The notes under the pieces were generated by a model. That model did not search any database and had not been told where the DNA came from. It saw nothing but the letters and a program-made list of their open reading frames with translations. Shown here in pieces: positions 1-9,563 of a stretch of 37,121 nt of DNA. The position numbers were made by a program, and so were the translations under genes. Position 1 is the stretch's first letter. Each line of letters begins with the position of its first letter. This DNA is from a virus. The stretch spans positions 1 to 37,121 of IMG/VR virus record IMGVR_UViG_3300028627_000020; one strand, 5' to 3'.

Positions 1-2
1 AT

Positions 3-323
3 AGTGATACGGCGTTTTTGATAAATACCCCCGACGGTTTTAACGAGGTTGGCGAATTTTATATTAAATCGCCAAGACAAATTTATTTAATTAAAACTAA
101 AAGTAATTATAGAACAAAATGTTCTGAGGATCATAAGTTTGAAACTTCTTTAGGATGGAAATTTGCAAAAGACATAACAAAGGAAGATTATATTCTTACA
201 AAGGAGGGGTATAGAAAAGTTAATAAAATTAAGAAATACAAAAAATTAGAGGAAGTATATGATTTTGAGGTACTTCACGATAATCATCGTTATTGGTCGG
301 GCAATGGACTAAGCAGTCATAAC
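3..323 (+). mobile_element. Intein (C-terminal part) inserted in the RecA/UvsX P-loop
   Basis: INTPDG, block B CSEDHKF, block F VYDFEV and block G GLSSHN (CAT AAC 318-323), followed by the +1 Thr of TGKT. About 40 aa separate blocks B and F, so there is no central endonuclease. Confidence 0.88.
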
Positions 324-1418
324 ACAGGAAAAACGTATTTAGCATGTTCCATTGTTCGTAATGCTCAAGCAATGGATTATTTTCCTATTTATTATGATTC
401 AGAAGGTTCAATAGATGTTGATTTTGTTAAACGCCTGGGAATTGATACTTCAAAATTTCGTATTGAAAACGTAAACACTGTTGAAGAATTTGCCACATTA
501 ACTGCAAAATTAAATGAATCTATAAACGAAATTCGTAATCAAGGGAAAATTCCTCCTAAAATTATAGTTGTTCTTGATTCGCTTGGAAACTTATCTTCAA
601 TAAAGGAAAAAACTGATACAACATCTGGCTCTGACAAAAGAGACATGACTAAACAACAATCTATTCGTAGAATGTTTAGAGTTATTGGAAATGATTTTGC
701 TAAAAACGGAATCCCGTTCATAATAGCGAATCACACGTATTCATCGATAGGCTCTTATATTCCTGGGCAAACCATATCTGGTGGAGGTGGTGCTCAATTT
801 AATGCATCTATCATATTTATGCTTACAAAATCAAAGTTAACTGATAAAGACTCTGAGGAACATGTTAAAAAACGCGGTATTGATGCCACAAGAATAGGTG
901 TTGTTATTACAGTTACTCCCTATAAACAAAGATTTGCTCGTCCTATTAAAGTTCAGATTCATATCCCATTCTATAAAAAACCAAACCCTTATGTGGGTCT
1001 TGAAAAATTTGTTAACTGGGAAACCTGTGGCATTATACGCGGTAACATGATATCTGAAAAAGATTACGCAAAACTTTCAGATGTGGATAAGAAAAAATGT
1101 TATGAATTTGAAACTGAAGATGGAAAAATTGCATATGCAATGCCTAAAGACACTGCCAGAAAACTTGTATGCAAACATCTTAAGGGTGAAATTCCTATCT
1201 CAGAACTTTATACTGATAAAGTCTTTACACCTGAAATTCTTAAACAACTTGATGACAATATTATAAAGAAAACATTCATGCTTCCAAGCATAGAATCTCT
1301 TGAGGACTTAGCAGAGGTATCTGGAGATCTTTTAGACGGGGCTGAAATGGGAGATCCTAACATTGATAATGAAGTTGATATTTCTGAACTTGATAATTTC
1401 GAAGTTCCGGAGATATAA
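3..1418 (+). CDS. uvsX: RecA/UvsX-like recombinase containing an intein (5' end outside window)
   Basis: Frame is open from the window edge. After the intein end come TGKT (P-loop remainder), YYDSEGS, VVLDSLGNL (Walker B), FIIANHTY and GGGGAQFNASII, typical of RecA/UvsX. Confidence 0.9.
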   Translation, partial: SDTAFLINTPDGFNEVGEFYIKSPRQIYLIKTKSNYRTKCSEDHKFETSLGWKFAKDITKEDYILTKEGYRKVNKIKKYKKLEEVYDFEVLHDNHRYWSGNGLSSHNTGKTYLACSIVRNAQAMDYFPIYYDSEGSIDVDFVKRLGIDTSKFRIENVNTVEEFATLTAKLNESINEIRNQGKIPPKIIVVLDSLGNLSSIKEKTDTTSGSDKRDMTKQQSIRRMFRVIGNDFAKNGIPFIIANHTYSSIGSYIPGQTISGGGGAQFNASIIFMLTKSKLTDKDSEEHVKKRGIDATRIGVVITVTPYKQRFARPIKVQIHIPFYKKPNPYVGLEKFVNWETCGIIRGNMISEKDYAKLSDVDKKKCYEFETEDGKIAYAMPKDTARKLVCKHLKGEIPISELYTDKVFTPEILKQLDDNIIKKTFMLPSIESLEDLAEVSGDLLDGAEMGDPNIDNEVDISELDNFEVPEI

Positions 1419-1444
1419 ACATCTTCTATTTAACAGTTATTTAA

Positions 1445-1473
1445 GGTCTGGAATAAAACTTCAGACCCTTTTT
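1445..1473 (+). terminator. Putative intrinsic terminator
   Basis: GGTCTGGA/TTCAGACC stem followed by CTTTTT, just after the recA stop. Confidence 0.5.
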
Positions 1474-1499
1474 GATTTATAAAAATAAACCATTTTTAT

Positions 1500-1790
1500 A
1501 TGAAGCCCCTTGATATATCAAATGTAAAAATTAAAAATCTTATGGGAATTATCGAAGAACCAACCCACGAAGATCTTTTATTTGAAATTGTTTATTTTTT
1601 AGACGAAGAACGAAGATATGATCCAGAAACATCACAATTTAAGCCCAAGGAAGCATATTTTAAAACACGAACAAGAATTTTAAAATCCCTTTCAGATGAT
1701 TTGGATAGGTTGGTTGAAATGGGATACTTAGAACGAGTAAAGTACTCAAATTATCGTGTAGTAAAACATTTATGGGAAAAAGAGATATAA
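1500..1790 (+). CDS. Hypothetical protein, possible winged-helix
   Basis: 96 aa ORF between uvsX and helicase. The C-terminal LDRLVEMGYLERVKYSNYRV resembles a wHTH recognition helix and wing. Confidence 0.55.
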   Translation: MKPLDISNVKIKNLMGIIEEPTHEDLLFEIVYFLDEERRYDPETSQFKPKEAYFKTRTRILKSLSDDLDRLVEMGYLERVKYSNYRVVKHLWEKEI

Positions 1791-1809
1791 AACAAAATTA
1801 TTTTAAACA

Positions 1810-3300
1810 ATGAGTGTTACTTCATTTCAGGAACAAGTTTTTTATCATTATATCTTAGGCAATCAAATTTTTCTTAATACGACAAAGCCGGAGTTCTTTA
1901 TGAATGCAAACATTAGAGAACTTTTTAAAATTGCTAAAACACATGCCTTAAGATATAAAGAAGCTCCTTCAAAGGAACAAATGATTCAATTGGTTCAGTT
2001 ACAAGGACTAAGTGAAAAATATCCTGATGACCTTATATCATCATTATACAATGCAAAACAACTTTTAACACAATACGGAGATGAATGGTTAGAAGATAAC
2101 GTAGGTCCCTGGATCCAGGTTCGTAACTTGGATAACGTTATGCGTAAAGCAATTGCGTATATGAAGACAACTGCAGTTACAGCTGATAATGCCGGTGAAG
2201 TTGTTGAGAAAATACGTCATATGCTTTCGACAGAAACTGCTATTGACTTTTCGTTTAATCTCGGAACAAGTTTCTTTGACCCAACATCTCACTTACAAAC
2301 TCGATTGGCAAGGACAACTTCGGGATATAATTACATTGATATATGTACTAAAGGCGGATATTGGAAAGGAATGCTGATGGTCCTTTTTGGGATGCCAAAA
2401 GCTGGAAAATCGATGTGGTTGTGTAACTTAGCCGCAAAATCAGTGTTAAATGGGTATAATACAGCATATATAACATTAGAACTTCAAGAAGAATTGGTTC
2501 ATATGCGTATTGGTGCAAATCTTTTAAACGTGCAATTAGATAATTATGAGAACTTTACAAAAGATCAGGCATTATTAAAACAGAAACTGGGAACACTTAA
2601 ACAACGCCATTATTTACAACCATTAGGTGAATTGCATGTTAAAGAATTCCCAACAGCATCTGCTTCAGCCAATGATATTTCAGCATACTTGAAAAAAGCC
2701 CAAGAAACTTTAGGACTTAAGTTTGATAATGTTTATATTGATTACATTAATATCATGAGAAATTGGAGAAATCCTAATTCAGAAAATACGTATCTTAAGA
2801 TAAAACAAATTTCTGAAGATATACGTGCAATGGGTCAAGAAAATGATTGGGCGATTATAACCGTGACCCAGACGAATCGGTCAGGCTGGGAAAATGACGA
2901 TTTGGGATTAGGCTCAATTGCTGAATCTGCAGGACTATTACATACAACAGATATTCTTTTTGGAATTATTACAACTGCTGAAATGAAAGCGGCCGGTGAA
3001 TATTATCTTAAATGTTTAGCAAATCGTGTCGCAGGATATGAAAATACACGAAAAAAGTTTATAATGGAATGGCCGTATGCTCGAATTGAAGAAGATAGTA
3101 ATGCACGTATTGAAGATTTGGAATTTTTTATAAATAACTTTCGCTCAGGACAAAAACAACCAAGAGGTCAAGAACAAAACAAAGAACGATCTATAGACAT
3201 TCATTCTGCTATAAATGCCAATATATCAGCACTTGAACCTCAGGCTTCAGAAAATCCCGATTTTAAAAATATAAACGTTACAGGATCTAATTTATTTTAA
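1810..3300 (+). CDS. 41: DnaB-like replicative helicase (T4 gp41-like)
   Basis: Walker A GMPKAGKS, YITLEL, VYIDYINIM (Walker B), TVTQTNRSG and IAESAG. Located downstream of uvsX as in T4. Confidence 0.9.
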   Translation: MSVTSFQEQVFYHYILGNQIFLNTTKPEFFMNANIRELFKIAKTHALRYKEAPSKEQMIQLVQLQGLSEKYPDDLISSLYNAKQLLTQYGDEWLEDNVGPWIQVRNLDNVMRKAIAYMKTTAVTADNAGEVVEKIRHMLSTETAIDFSFNLGTSFFDPTSHLQTRLARTTSGYNYIDICTKGGYWKGMLMVLFGMPKAGKSMWLCNLAAKSVLNGYNTAYITLELQEELVHMRIGANLLNVQLDNYENFTKDQALLKQKLGTLKQRHYLQPLGELHVKEFPTASASANDISAYLKKAQETLGLKFDNVYIDYINIMRNWRNPNSENTYLKIKQISEDIRAMGQENDWAIITVTQTNRSGWENDDLGLGSIAESAGLLHTTDILFGIITTAEMKAAGEYYLKCLANRVAGYENTRKKFIMEWPYARIEEDSNARIEDLEFFINNFRSGQKQPRGQEQNKERSIDIHSAINANISALEPQASENPDFKNINVTGSNLF

Positions 3301-3311
3301 ATATATAAAAC

Positions 3312-3764
3312 ATGAAAAAGGAAGGAACTAAAGCCGAAATGTCGTTTATTGAAGATGAACACGTAGGAGAAGATTTTGGCTCAACGATTAAAGTAGAAGG
3401 CAGTGTTTCTCATTTATACGAAGATCAATTAGGAGATAACATTGTTGAAAATAGGATCATAAAAATGTTAGACAATGAAATGTTTGACATTTTTAAATCG
3501 TCTATCTATTATGAAAAATATCGTAAACGTAAAAAAGCTGATAGTAATGACAGAGTAAAAATGTATTACTACTTTAAGGAAGAACTTTTAAAGAGACGGC
3601 AATTTACAAACATGGAAATTTTTATTGCCTTTGCCGAATTTTTTGATATTAATTACACACAATTGTATTCTGAGATTGGAGTTTTAGATAAAGAAGGTTT
3701 GCTTCGTGAATTAAACGATAAATACGGATTGGCAAATAAAATTAAAACAAAAAGATTATTTTAA
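3312..3764 (+). CDS. Hypothetical protein, weak resemblance to gp33 late co-activator
   Basis: 150 aa ORF in operon orientation. The helical C-terminal half (FIAFAEFFDINY...LLRELNDKYGL) is loosely gp33-like. Unverified. Confidence 0.5.
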   Translation: MKKEGTKAEMSFIEDEHVGEDFGSTIKVEGSVSHLYEDQLGDNIVENRIIKMLDNEMFDIFKSSIYYEKYRKRKKADSNDRVKMYYYFKEELLKRRQFTNMEIFIAFAEFFDINYTQLYSEIGVLDKEGLLRELNDKYGLANKIKTKRLF

Positions 3765-3779
3765 AAATAAAATATTTTT

Positions 3780-4892
3780 ATGAGTAATTTAAAACAATAT
3801 AAACTTGATACAGAATACATACCATACAACCGAATATTTTTATTATCAGACTTACACTTTGGCGTTCGTGCAAATTCACTAGAGTGGCTTCAAAATCAAA
3901 AATCATTTTTTCAAGATTTTTATATTCCCTATCTTAAGAAAAATTATAAAGAAGGGGACATACTTTTTATTCTTGGTGACTGGTTCGATAATAGGCAATT
4001 GCTGGATATTTACGTAATGAATACATCCATAGATATTGTTATCGAATTATCGGAGATATTGCCAGTGTATTTTTTAACAGGGAATCATGATATTTATAAA
4101 AAATATAACACAGATGTTAACTCGATAGTGGCATTTCGTCATATTCCTAACGTAAGTATTTATCAAAAACCTACTATTCTTACAAACAATAACAACAAAA
4201 TATTAATATTGCCTTGGATAGGAAATAAAGAATCTGAAGAAAACTATGCTCGGGCAAACAAATTTGATTATATATTTGCACATTCTGAAATAATGGGTTT
4301 TAAATATGATAATGGACGTGAAATTAAATCAACTTCAGTAGACTTTAGAAAATTTCGAAACATTAAAAGAGTTTTTTCAGGACATATACATAAAAGACAA
4401 GAATTAGCCAATATCGTGTATATAGGATCTCCGTATCATATGAAACGCAGTGATATTGGAAATACTAAGGGCATATATATTTTTAACCCAAATGAAAATA
4501 CTTTTGAATTTATTGAAAATAATTATTCTCCCTTATTTCAACGTGTTACTCTTGAGTATATTTTAGATCTTTCTTTAAATAATACTGTAAAACTACTAAA
4601 CAATAATTACACTGATATTATAGTTCCTGATAAATATGTTCATACATTTAATCTTACTCGATTCTTAGATATAATAAAAGAATGTAAATATAAGAAAATT
4701 GAAGCTGCAACTGAAAGAAAAAAGTTTGAAGATGAAATTACTGAACTTGCAGAAGGAGTAGACATAAGAGACATACTTTCATTGCTTGAATTAAGCATTG
4801 AAGATTTGGGACATCAAGCTGAGATTCTTGTTAAATTGAAATTAATGAATAGACGCTATTATGAAAGAGCCAGTCGTGAAGATGTCGAATAA
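3780..4892 (+). CDS. 47: Mre11/SbcD-like metallophosphoesterase nuclease (gp47-like)
   Basis: Motifs SDLHFG, LGDWFD, TGNHD, AHSE and SGHIH. Confidence 0.92.
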   Translation: MSNLKQYKLDTEYIPYNRIFLLSDLHFGVRANSLEWLQNQKSFFQDFYIPYLKKNYKEGDILFILGDWFDNRQLLDIYVMNTSIDIVIELSEILPVYFLTGNHDIYKKYNTDVNSIVAFRHIPNVSIYQKPTILTNNNNKILILPWIGNKESEENYARANKFDYIFAHSEIMGFKYDNGREIKSTSVDFRKFRNIKRVFSGHIHKRQELANIVYIGSPYHMKRSDIGNTKGIYIFNPNENTFEFIENNYSPLFQRVTLEYILDLSLNNTVKLLNNNYTDIIVPDKYVHTFNLTRFLDIIKECKYKKIEAATERKKFEDEITELAEGVDIRDILSLLELSIEDLGHQAEILVKLKLMNRRYYERASREDVE

Positions 4893-4948
4893 CAAGATCG
4901 ATAAAACTGGGGTTTAAATTAATTATATAAAATAAAAAGGATATTGTA

Positions 4949-5380
4949 ATGAAGAAAAAGAAAATAAATGAACCTGTTGGTCGTCCAGTCTTTCCTTCTG
5001 AATTTGAATCTGACCCAGATTGTTATGTAATATTTGCAACTAATGGGTTAATGTTAGGAAGAATGATTGCAGCTTCTAAAGGGCAATATTGCGTAGAACA
5101 TCAAGGAGATCTTGTTATATTTAATGCAAATGTTATAACTAAAACTCATGGGAAGGTTTGGTATGGCGACTTAAATGTAAATTTAGATTTTGATAACTTA
5201 AAAAATGTAGCAGATACTATAGGAGAGGATTTATATATTTTAATGGAAGGCGATGCTCGATTTGGTTATGAAAATGCACCTATAGATGAATTAATTGCTA
5301 AAGCTAAGGCTGTTATTCGCTGTAAGGTTAAAACAGAAGAAGACAATAAAAACTCTAAAAAGAAAACAAAAAAATCGTAA
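4949..5380 (+). CDS. Hypothetical protein
   Basis: 143 aa ORF with an A-rich start context. Confidence 0.7.
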   Translation: MKKKKINEPVGRPVFPSEFESDPDCYVIFATNGLMLGRMIAASKGQYCVEHQGDLVIFNANVITKTHGKVWYGDLNVNLDFDNLKNVADTIGEDLYILMEGDARFGYENAPIDELIAKAKAVIRCKVKTEEDNKNSKKKTKKS

Positions 5381-5384
5381 AAGT

Positions 5385-5876
5385 ATGGCACTAATAATTA
5401 CTGCTCCCGAAGAAATATATTCGGTGCAAAATAACAAAAATGTTAAAATGTTTTTGGCCGGCGGGATAACAAATTGCCCAGATTGGCAAAGTTATGTTGT
5501 CAATGAACTAAAAGACATAGAAAATCTTACGGTTTATACGCCTCGAAGAAAGAATTTTCCTATAAATGATCCTAATGCTGCTGAAGAACAAATTGCGTGG
5601 GAATTTCAGCACCTAAAAGAGGCAGATATTCTTTTCTTTTGGTTTTCTAGAGGTTCATTGAATCCCATTGTTTTATATGAATTGGGAATGTGGTGTAATT
5701 CAGGTAAAAAACTTGCTTTAATAGGAATTGATCCTGAATATGAAAGAAAACAAGACGTTATCATTCAAACAAAACTTGCAAGACCTCGTGCAGTATTTTT
5801 CGATTCATTAGAAAAAATGATCGAAGAAGTAACTTATCTTTTTACAAATATTTTTACAGAGGAGGAAGAAGAGTGA
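5385..5876 (+). CDS. Nucleoside 2-deoxyribosyltransferase-like protein
   Basis: Start re-assigned to ATG 5385 (MALIITAP). Motifs FLAGGITNCPDWQ, YTPRR, QIAWEFQHLKEADILFFWF and PIVLYELG. Confidence 0.75.
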   Translation: MALIITAPEEIYSVQNNKNVKMFLAGGITNCPDWQSYVVNELKDIENLTVYTPRRKNFPINDPNAAEEQIAWEFQHLKEADILFFWFSRGSLNPIVLYELGMWCNSGKKLALIGIDPEYERKQDVIIQTKLARPRAVFFDSLEKMIEEVTYLFTNIFTEEEEE

Positions 5877-6034
5877 GACAAAGAAAATCAATGAAAATAA
5901 CATCTAAAAAATATGTAATTTTTCACGATGAAGATTTAGCACAATTCGGAGGTCTTTATATTCCTGAAGAAATTAAAAAGAAAAAGAAAACTTCTTCAAT
6001 AAAATTGTCTAAAATTTTTCAAAAAAGAAGTTAA
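5873..6034 (+). CDS. Small basic hypothetical protein (53 aa, not in ORF track)
   Basis: GTG start overlapping the upstream TGA (GTGA), reading MRQRKSMKITSKKYVIFHDEDLAQFGGLYIPEE...; fills the gap before gp46. Confidence 0.5.
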   Translation: MRQRKSMKITSKKYVIFHDEDLAQFGGLYIPEEIKKKKKTSSIKLSKIFQKRS

Positions 6035-6051
6035 AATAAAAATTGTAAAAT

Positions 6052-7752
6052 ATGCGTTTGCATAAAATTTCTTGGAGAAATATCGGGCCATTCGGTAATA
6101 AACTTCAGACACTTGAACTTCCAGATGAAGGTGGGCTCTGGATGGTGTTAGGGAAGAATGGAAATGGGAAATCATTTTTCGTTAACCTCCCAAAAATTCT
6201 TTATTATGGAAAACTAGACAAATTCAAGAAAGATGAAATTGCAAATCGCTTAAATAAACATGGATACATTAAAGGGCTTAATGAAACATCGCCCGGAACT
6301 TATGTTACAATTGAACGAAATTTATCACCTTCAAGCCTTACTGTGTGGAAACATACAGAAGACGAGGAACCCAATGATAATAATGATATTGGAAAAGCTG
6401 GCATTGTAGATTACCAGACATATATAGACACAGAGGTCACTGGATTGCCCTATCATATCTTCTCGAACATCATATCATTAAGTATTAATGATTTTAAATC
6501 TTTTATTTCAATGACCCCTAATGATAAGAGAATCATTATAGATAAATTGTTCGCAATGGATATTATTAACAAGATGAATCAGCTTGTTAAATCCGATTTA
6601 AGAGATATGAAATTTAATATGGATGCTTTTGACAGAGATATTATTACAATAAAAAATAATATAGACGTTGCTGTTAAAGAACTTCAAAAACTTCAAGTTA
6701 AATTAAACGAAGATAACAGTTCAAAGATTTTAGAATTAGCGGCAAAACTTGAAGAATACAAGCCTAAACTTCAAGAAGGTTATGATAAAAAGAAAGAATG
6801 GGAATCAAAGAAAGCAGACATATTAAAATCTCAAACTGTGTTTGTTAGGCAAAAGGCAAAAGTTTCTCAAGAACTACAGCATCTTCGAAATCAAATAAAT
6901 CTTTATAACCAAGATAAGTGCCCAACTTGTGCTACTCCTTTTGATGATGCAAGATTCGATTTAATTAAAGAACAACTTCAAGAAAATATTAAAACCGAGG
7001 AAAAAGAAATCGAATTAATAAAAGAAAATGAACAGAAATACAACATGGCTCTTGAAAATGTTAATCAAGGACTTGTTAAAATAGATAATTTTATTATTCA
7101 AATTCAAACATCATATAAACTTGTTGAGGCTGAGTTAACAAAATTAAAATTAAATAAATCTGCAGAATTTGAAAGCATACAAAATATTATATCTGAAAAT
7201 AAAGAATCATTAATCAAAAAATCAGATGACAAATTAAAATACGATGAAGAATACAAGTATCTTACAGTGTTAGAACAATTGTACTCTGATGCCGGTGTTA
7301 AAAAGAAAATTCTTGAAAGTTATTTGCCAACATTGAATAAAGAAATAGAATATACTCTTAATGAACTTCATTTCCCATATCGTCTAATATTTGATTCAGA
7401 TTTTGAGCCTAATATGTCACATTTAGGAGTTGATATTAGTGTTGATACATTGAGTACGGGTGAAAAGAAAAGAGTAGATCTTGCAGTTTTAATTTCAATC
7501 ATTAGAATGCTTAAACATAAATATCCTGGACTAAATATATTTATGTTAGACGAGGTTCTTTCCTCTATTGATGGTGATGGCATATATGATATTATAGGAT
7601 TACTTCAAAAACTTTCGAGAGAAATGGCCATGAACATATTTGTTATTAATTTTAGCCCACTCCCGATTGAACAATTTGACTATAAAATTGAAATACATAA
7701 AAATGCAGGATTTAGCGACTTAACAATTGAAAAATTAAACGAAGGAGATTAA
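6052..7752 (+). CDS. 46: Rad50/SbcC-like ABC ATPase (gp46-like)
   Basis: Walker A GKNGNGKS, coiled coil with CPTC zinc hook, signature LSTGEKKR, Walker B MLDEV. Confidence 0.93.
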   Translation: MRLHKISWRNIGPFGNKLQTLELPDEGGLWMVLGKNGNGKSFFVNLPKILYYGKLDKFKKDEIANRLNKHGYIKGLNETSPGTYVTIERNLSPSSLTVWKHTEDEEPNDNNDIGKAGIVDYQTYIDTEVTGLPYHIFSNIISLSINDFKSFISMTPNDKRIIIDKLFAMDIINKMNQLVKSDLRDMKFNMDAFDRDIITIKNNIDVAVKELQKLQVKLNEDNSSKILELAAKLEEYKPKLQEGYDKKKEWESKKADILKSQTVFVRQKAKVSQELQHLRNQINLYNQDKCPTCATPFDDARFDLIKEQLQENIKTEEKEIELIKENEQKYNMALENVNQGLVKIDNFIIQIQTSYKLVEAELTKLKLNKSAEFESIQNIISENKESLIKKSDDKLKYDEEYKYLTVLEQLYSDAGVKKKILESYLPTLNKEIEYTLNELHFPYRLIFDSDFEPNMSHLGVDISVDTLSTGEKKRVDLAVLISIIRMLKHKYPGLNIFMLDEVLSSIDGDGIYDIIGLLQKLSREMAMNIFVINFSPLPIEQFDYKIEIHKNAGFSDLTIEKLNEGD

Positions 7753-7770
7753 TTCTCCTTTTTCATTTTT

Positions 7771-7786
7771 GATATATAAAATAAAA
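7771..7786 (+). promoter_or_regulatory. Putative late promoter motif
   Basis: GATATATAAAATAAAA, a recurring motif upstream of many genes that resembles T4 TATAAATA. Confidence 0.5.
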
Positions 7787-7792
7787 TAGTTA

Positions 7793-8092
7793 ATGAGAGC
7801 TAAATTCGTAGATAGAAATAACGATACACCATTTGCAACTCATAGCGATCTTAGAAATAATGAAAGAACAGCGCATTATCCGCTAAGTCGTATCCAATAC
7901 GAAAATTCAGATGATTGGGATTGGGATATACCAATGCCTTGTCCAGCATGTGGAAGAGATACTCATGGAGAATACGAAAGAGGTGTTTGTTATAAATGTG
8001 CAGAACAAGGATTTTGGCTTGATAAATTCGGAAGAGTTCATAACTATAGAAGCAGAATTAGACCTGTTAAACAATATGAATCTAAAAAATAA
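7793..8092 (+). CDS. Hypothetical zinc-finger protein
   Basis: CPACG...CYKC; N-terminus MRAKFV. Confidence 0.7.
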   Translation: MRAKFVDRNNDTPFATHSDLRNNERTAHYPLSRIQYENSDDWDWDIPMPCPACGRDTHGEYERGVCYKCAEQGFWLDKFGRVHNYRSRIRPVKQYESKK

Positions 8093-8100
8093 AAGAATAT

Positions 8101-8721
8101 ATGAAAAGAATAATGATTGAAGAATCTTTATATGAATTCGCTAAACGTGGAAGACCCAGAAAAAATGCAAAGGGACCTATAAGAAAATCTTATGGTATTG
8201 ATACAACTGATGCATGGGACGATATTGAAGACGATGAAACAATTGACATGGATGATATAGATGTTGATACATCTGATATGGAAAATGCAGAGGAAATAGC
8301 AGTTGAAGATGAAGATGCATTTGATAATAATTTATTTAGAGCATTGAGTAATGAGATTAAAGCGCCTGAATTTTCAAGAAGAACTCTTGTATTTAGGCTA
8401 AAAGGAGATCTTTCAAAAATTCAAAATGGTGTTCCTATGGCAAAAATTGGAGATAATGCATTTTTATTTAAGCTTAAAGATGGCAAATTAAAAAAGATCT
8501 TTCTTAAAGACATTATTCTTGAAAACAAAAATATTTCTAATAGAGCTCGTATGGTATTTGAAGATTATGATGATACAGACGTAAAAGAATCTCGTAGGTT
8601 TGATCCTCAAACAGATGAAGAAATTCCTGAACATGACTGTTCAAGATACATAAATAGACATGGGCAATGTATGTACTGTGGAAAATGGGTTGAATCTGAG
8701 GATGAAGATTTTGAAATTTAA
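8101..8721 (+). CDS. Hypothetical acidic protein with AT-hook-like motif
   Basis: N-terminus MKRIMIEESLYE, KRGRPRK, D/E-rich stretch, C-terminal Cys/His cluster. Confidence 0.7.
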   Translation: MKRIMIEESLYEFAKRGRPRKNAKGPIRKSYGIDTTDAWDDIEDDETIDMDDIDVDTSDMENAEEIAVEDEDAFDNNLFRALSNEIKAPEFSRRTLVFRLKGDLSKIQNGVPMAKIGDNAFLFKLKDGKLKKIFLKDIILENKNISNRARMVFEDYDDTDVKESRRFDPQTDEEIPEHDCSRYINRHGQCMYCGKWVESEDEDFEI

Positions 8722-8736
8722 AATAAAAATATAAGC

Positions 8737-9006
8737 ATGAATCACTACTTAAAACATTTTATTGCTGGAGCAATTATATCTTTAATTACTCTTGTATTTT
8801 TTGTATTATTTGTTCATGTTCCTGTCTATGGATGGGATGCTGGAGTAGCTGCAATACTTACTGTTGCTGCAGGTGCAGGAAAGGAAGTTATATGGGATAA
8901 ATGGCTTAAAAGAGGAACTCCCGATTACTATGATTTTTTCTACACTATATGTGGGGGTTGGGCCACGATATTTCTTTGGAAAATTATTGAATTATTTTTC
9001 ATATGA
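8737..9006 (+). CDS. Small membrane protein
   Basis: 89 aa with three hydrophobic segments and GAGKEVIWD. Confidence 0.7.
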   Translation: MNHYLKHFIAGAIISLITLVFFVLFVHVPVYGWDAGVAAILTVAAGAGKEVIWDKWLKRGTPDYYDFFYTICGGWATIFLWKIIELFFI

Positions 9007-9212
9007 AATTAGTCAGAGAACATTTGAATGAAAAGAAACAAGAATCATATACGATGGATGATCTTTCGTATGAATTCATTACCGATATTCTTAAATTAGG
9101 AACAATGGATAATCTTTTCATTAAATTTCTCGAAAAGAAAAAAATAAATCAAAATTATTTAACGGATCTTATGAAAGCTGTAATTAAACGAATTGAAAAT
9201 AAATGGATATAA
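9003..9212 (+). CDS. Hypothetical protein (MKLVREHLNE leader)
   Basis: 69 aa; start overlaps the upstream stop region. Confidence 0.65.
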   Translation: MKLVREHLNEKKQESYTMDDLSYEFITDILKLGTMDNLFIKFLEKKKINQNYLTDLMKAVIKRIENKWI

Positions 9213-9213
9213 A

Positions 9214-9492
9214 ATGAAAGCAAAATTTGTAAATGAGAATTCTTATGATAGAATGACGCCTGCCGATTATGGATTTGAAGCAGCAAGAAAAGAAGGATAT
9301 GATGATCAAGTGTATGCACTTTTAAAAATACAAGATTATAGTACTGGAAATAAACCTAAAGTTTCTATAGAAGCAATGGGTTCAAGAGAAGATATTGTAA
9401 ATTTTAAAAAAGAATTAGAAAACAGAAACAAAAGACGTAATTATTCAGTACAATACTATTACTCAATCCAAAGAGTCCCAAAAATACTTTAA
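9214..9492 (+). CDS. Hypothetical protein (MKAKFVNE leader)
   Basis: Start re-assigned to ATG 9214, right after the upstream stop; 92 aa. Confidence 0.65.
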   Translation: MKAKFVNENSYDRMTPADYGFEAARKEGYDDQVYALLKIQDYSTGNKPKVSIEAMGSREDIVNFKKELENRNKRRNYSVQYYYSIQRVPKIL

Positions 9493-9506
9493 AGAATATG
9501 AAATTA

Positions 9507-9534
9507 AAAAGGCTTAAGAAAACTTAAGCCTTTT
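9507..9534 (+). terminator. Intrinsic terminator
   Basis: AAAAGGCTTAAG-AAAA-CTTAAGCCTTTT, a perfect inverted repeat. Confidence 0.75.
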
Positions 9535-9563
9535 GTTGTCATAAAATTTAAAATAAAATATAA

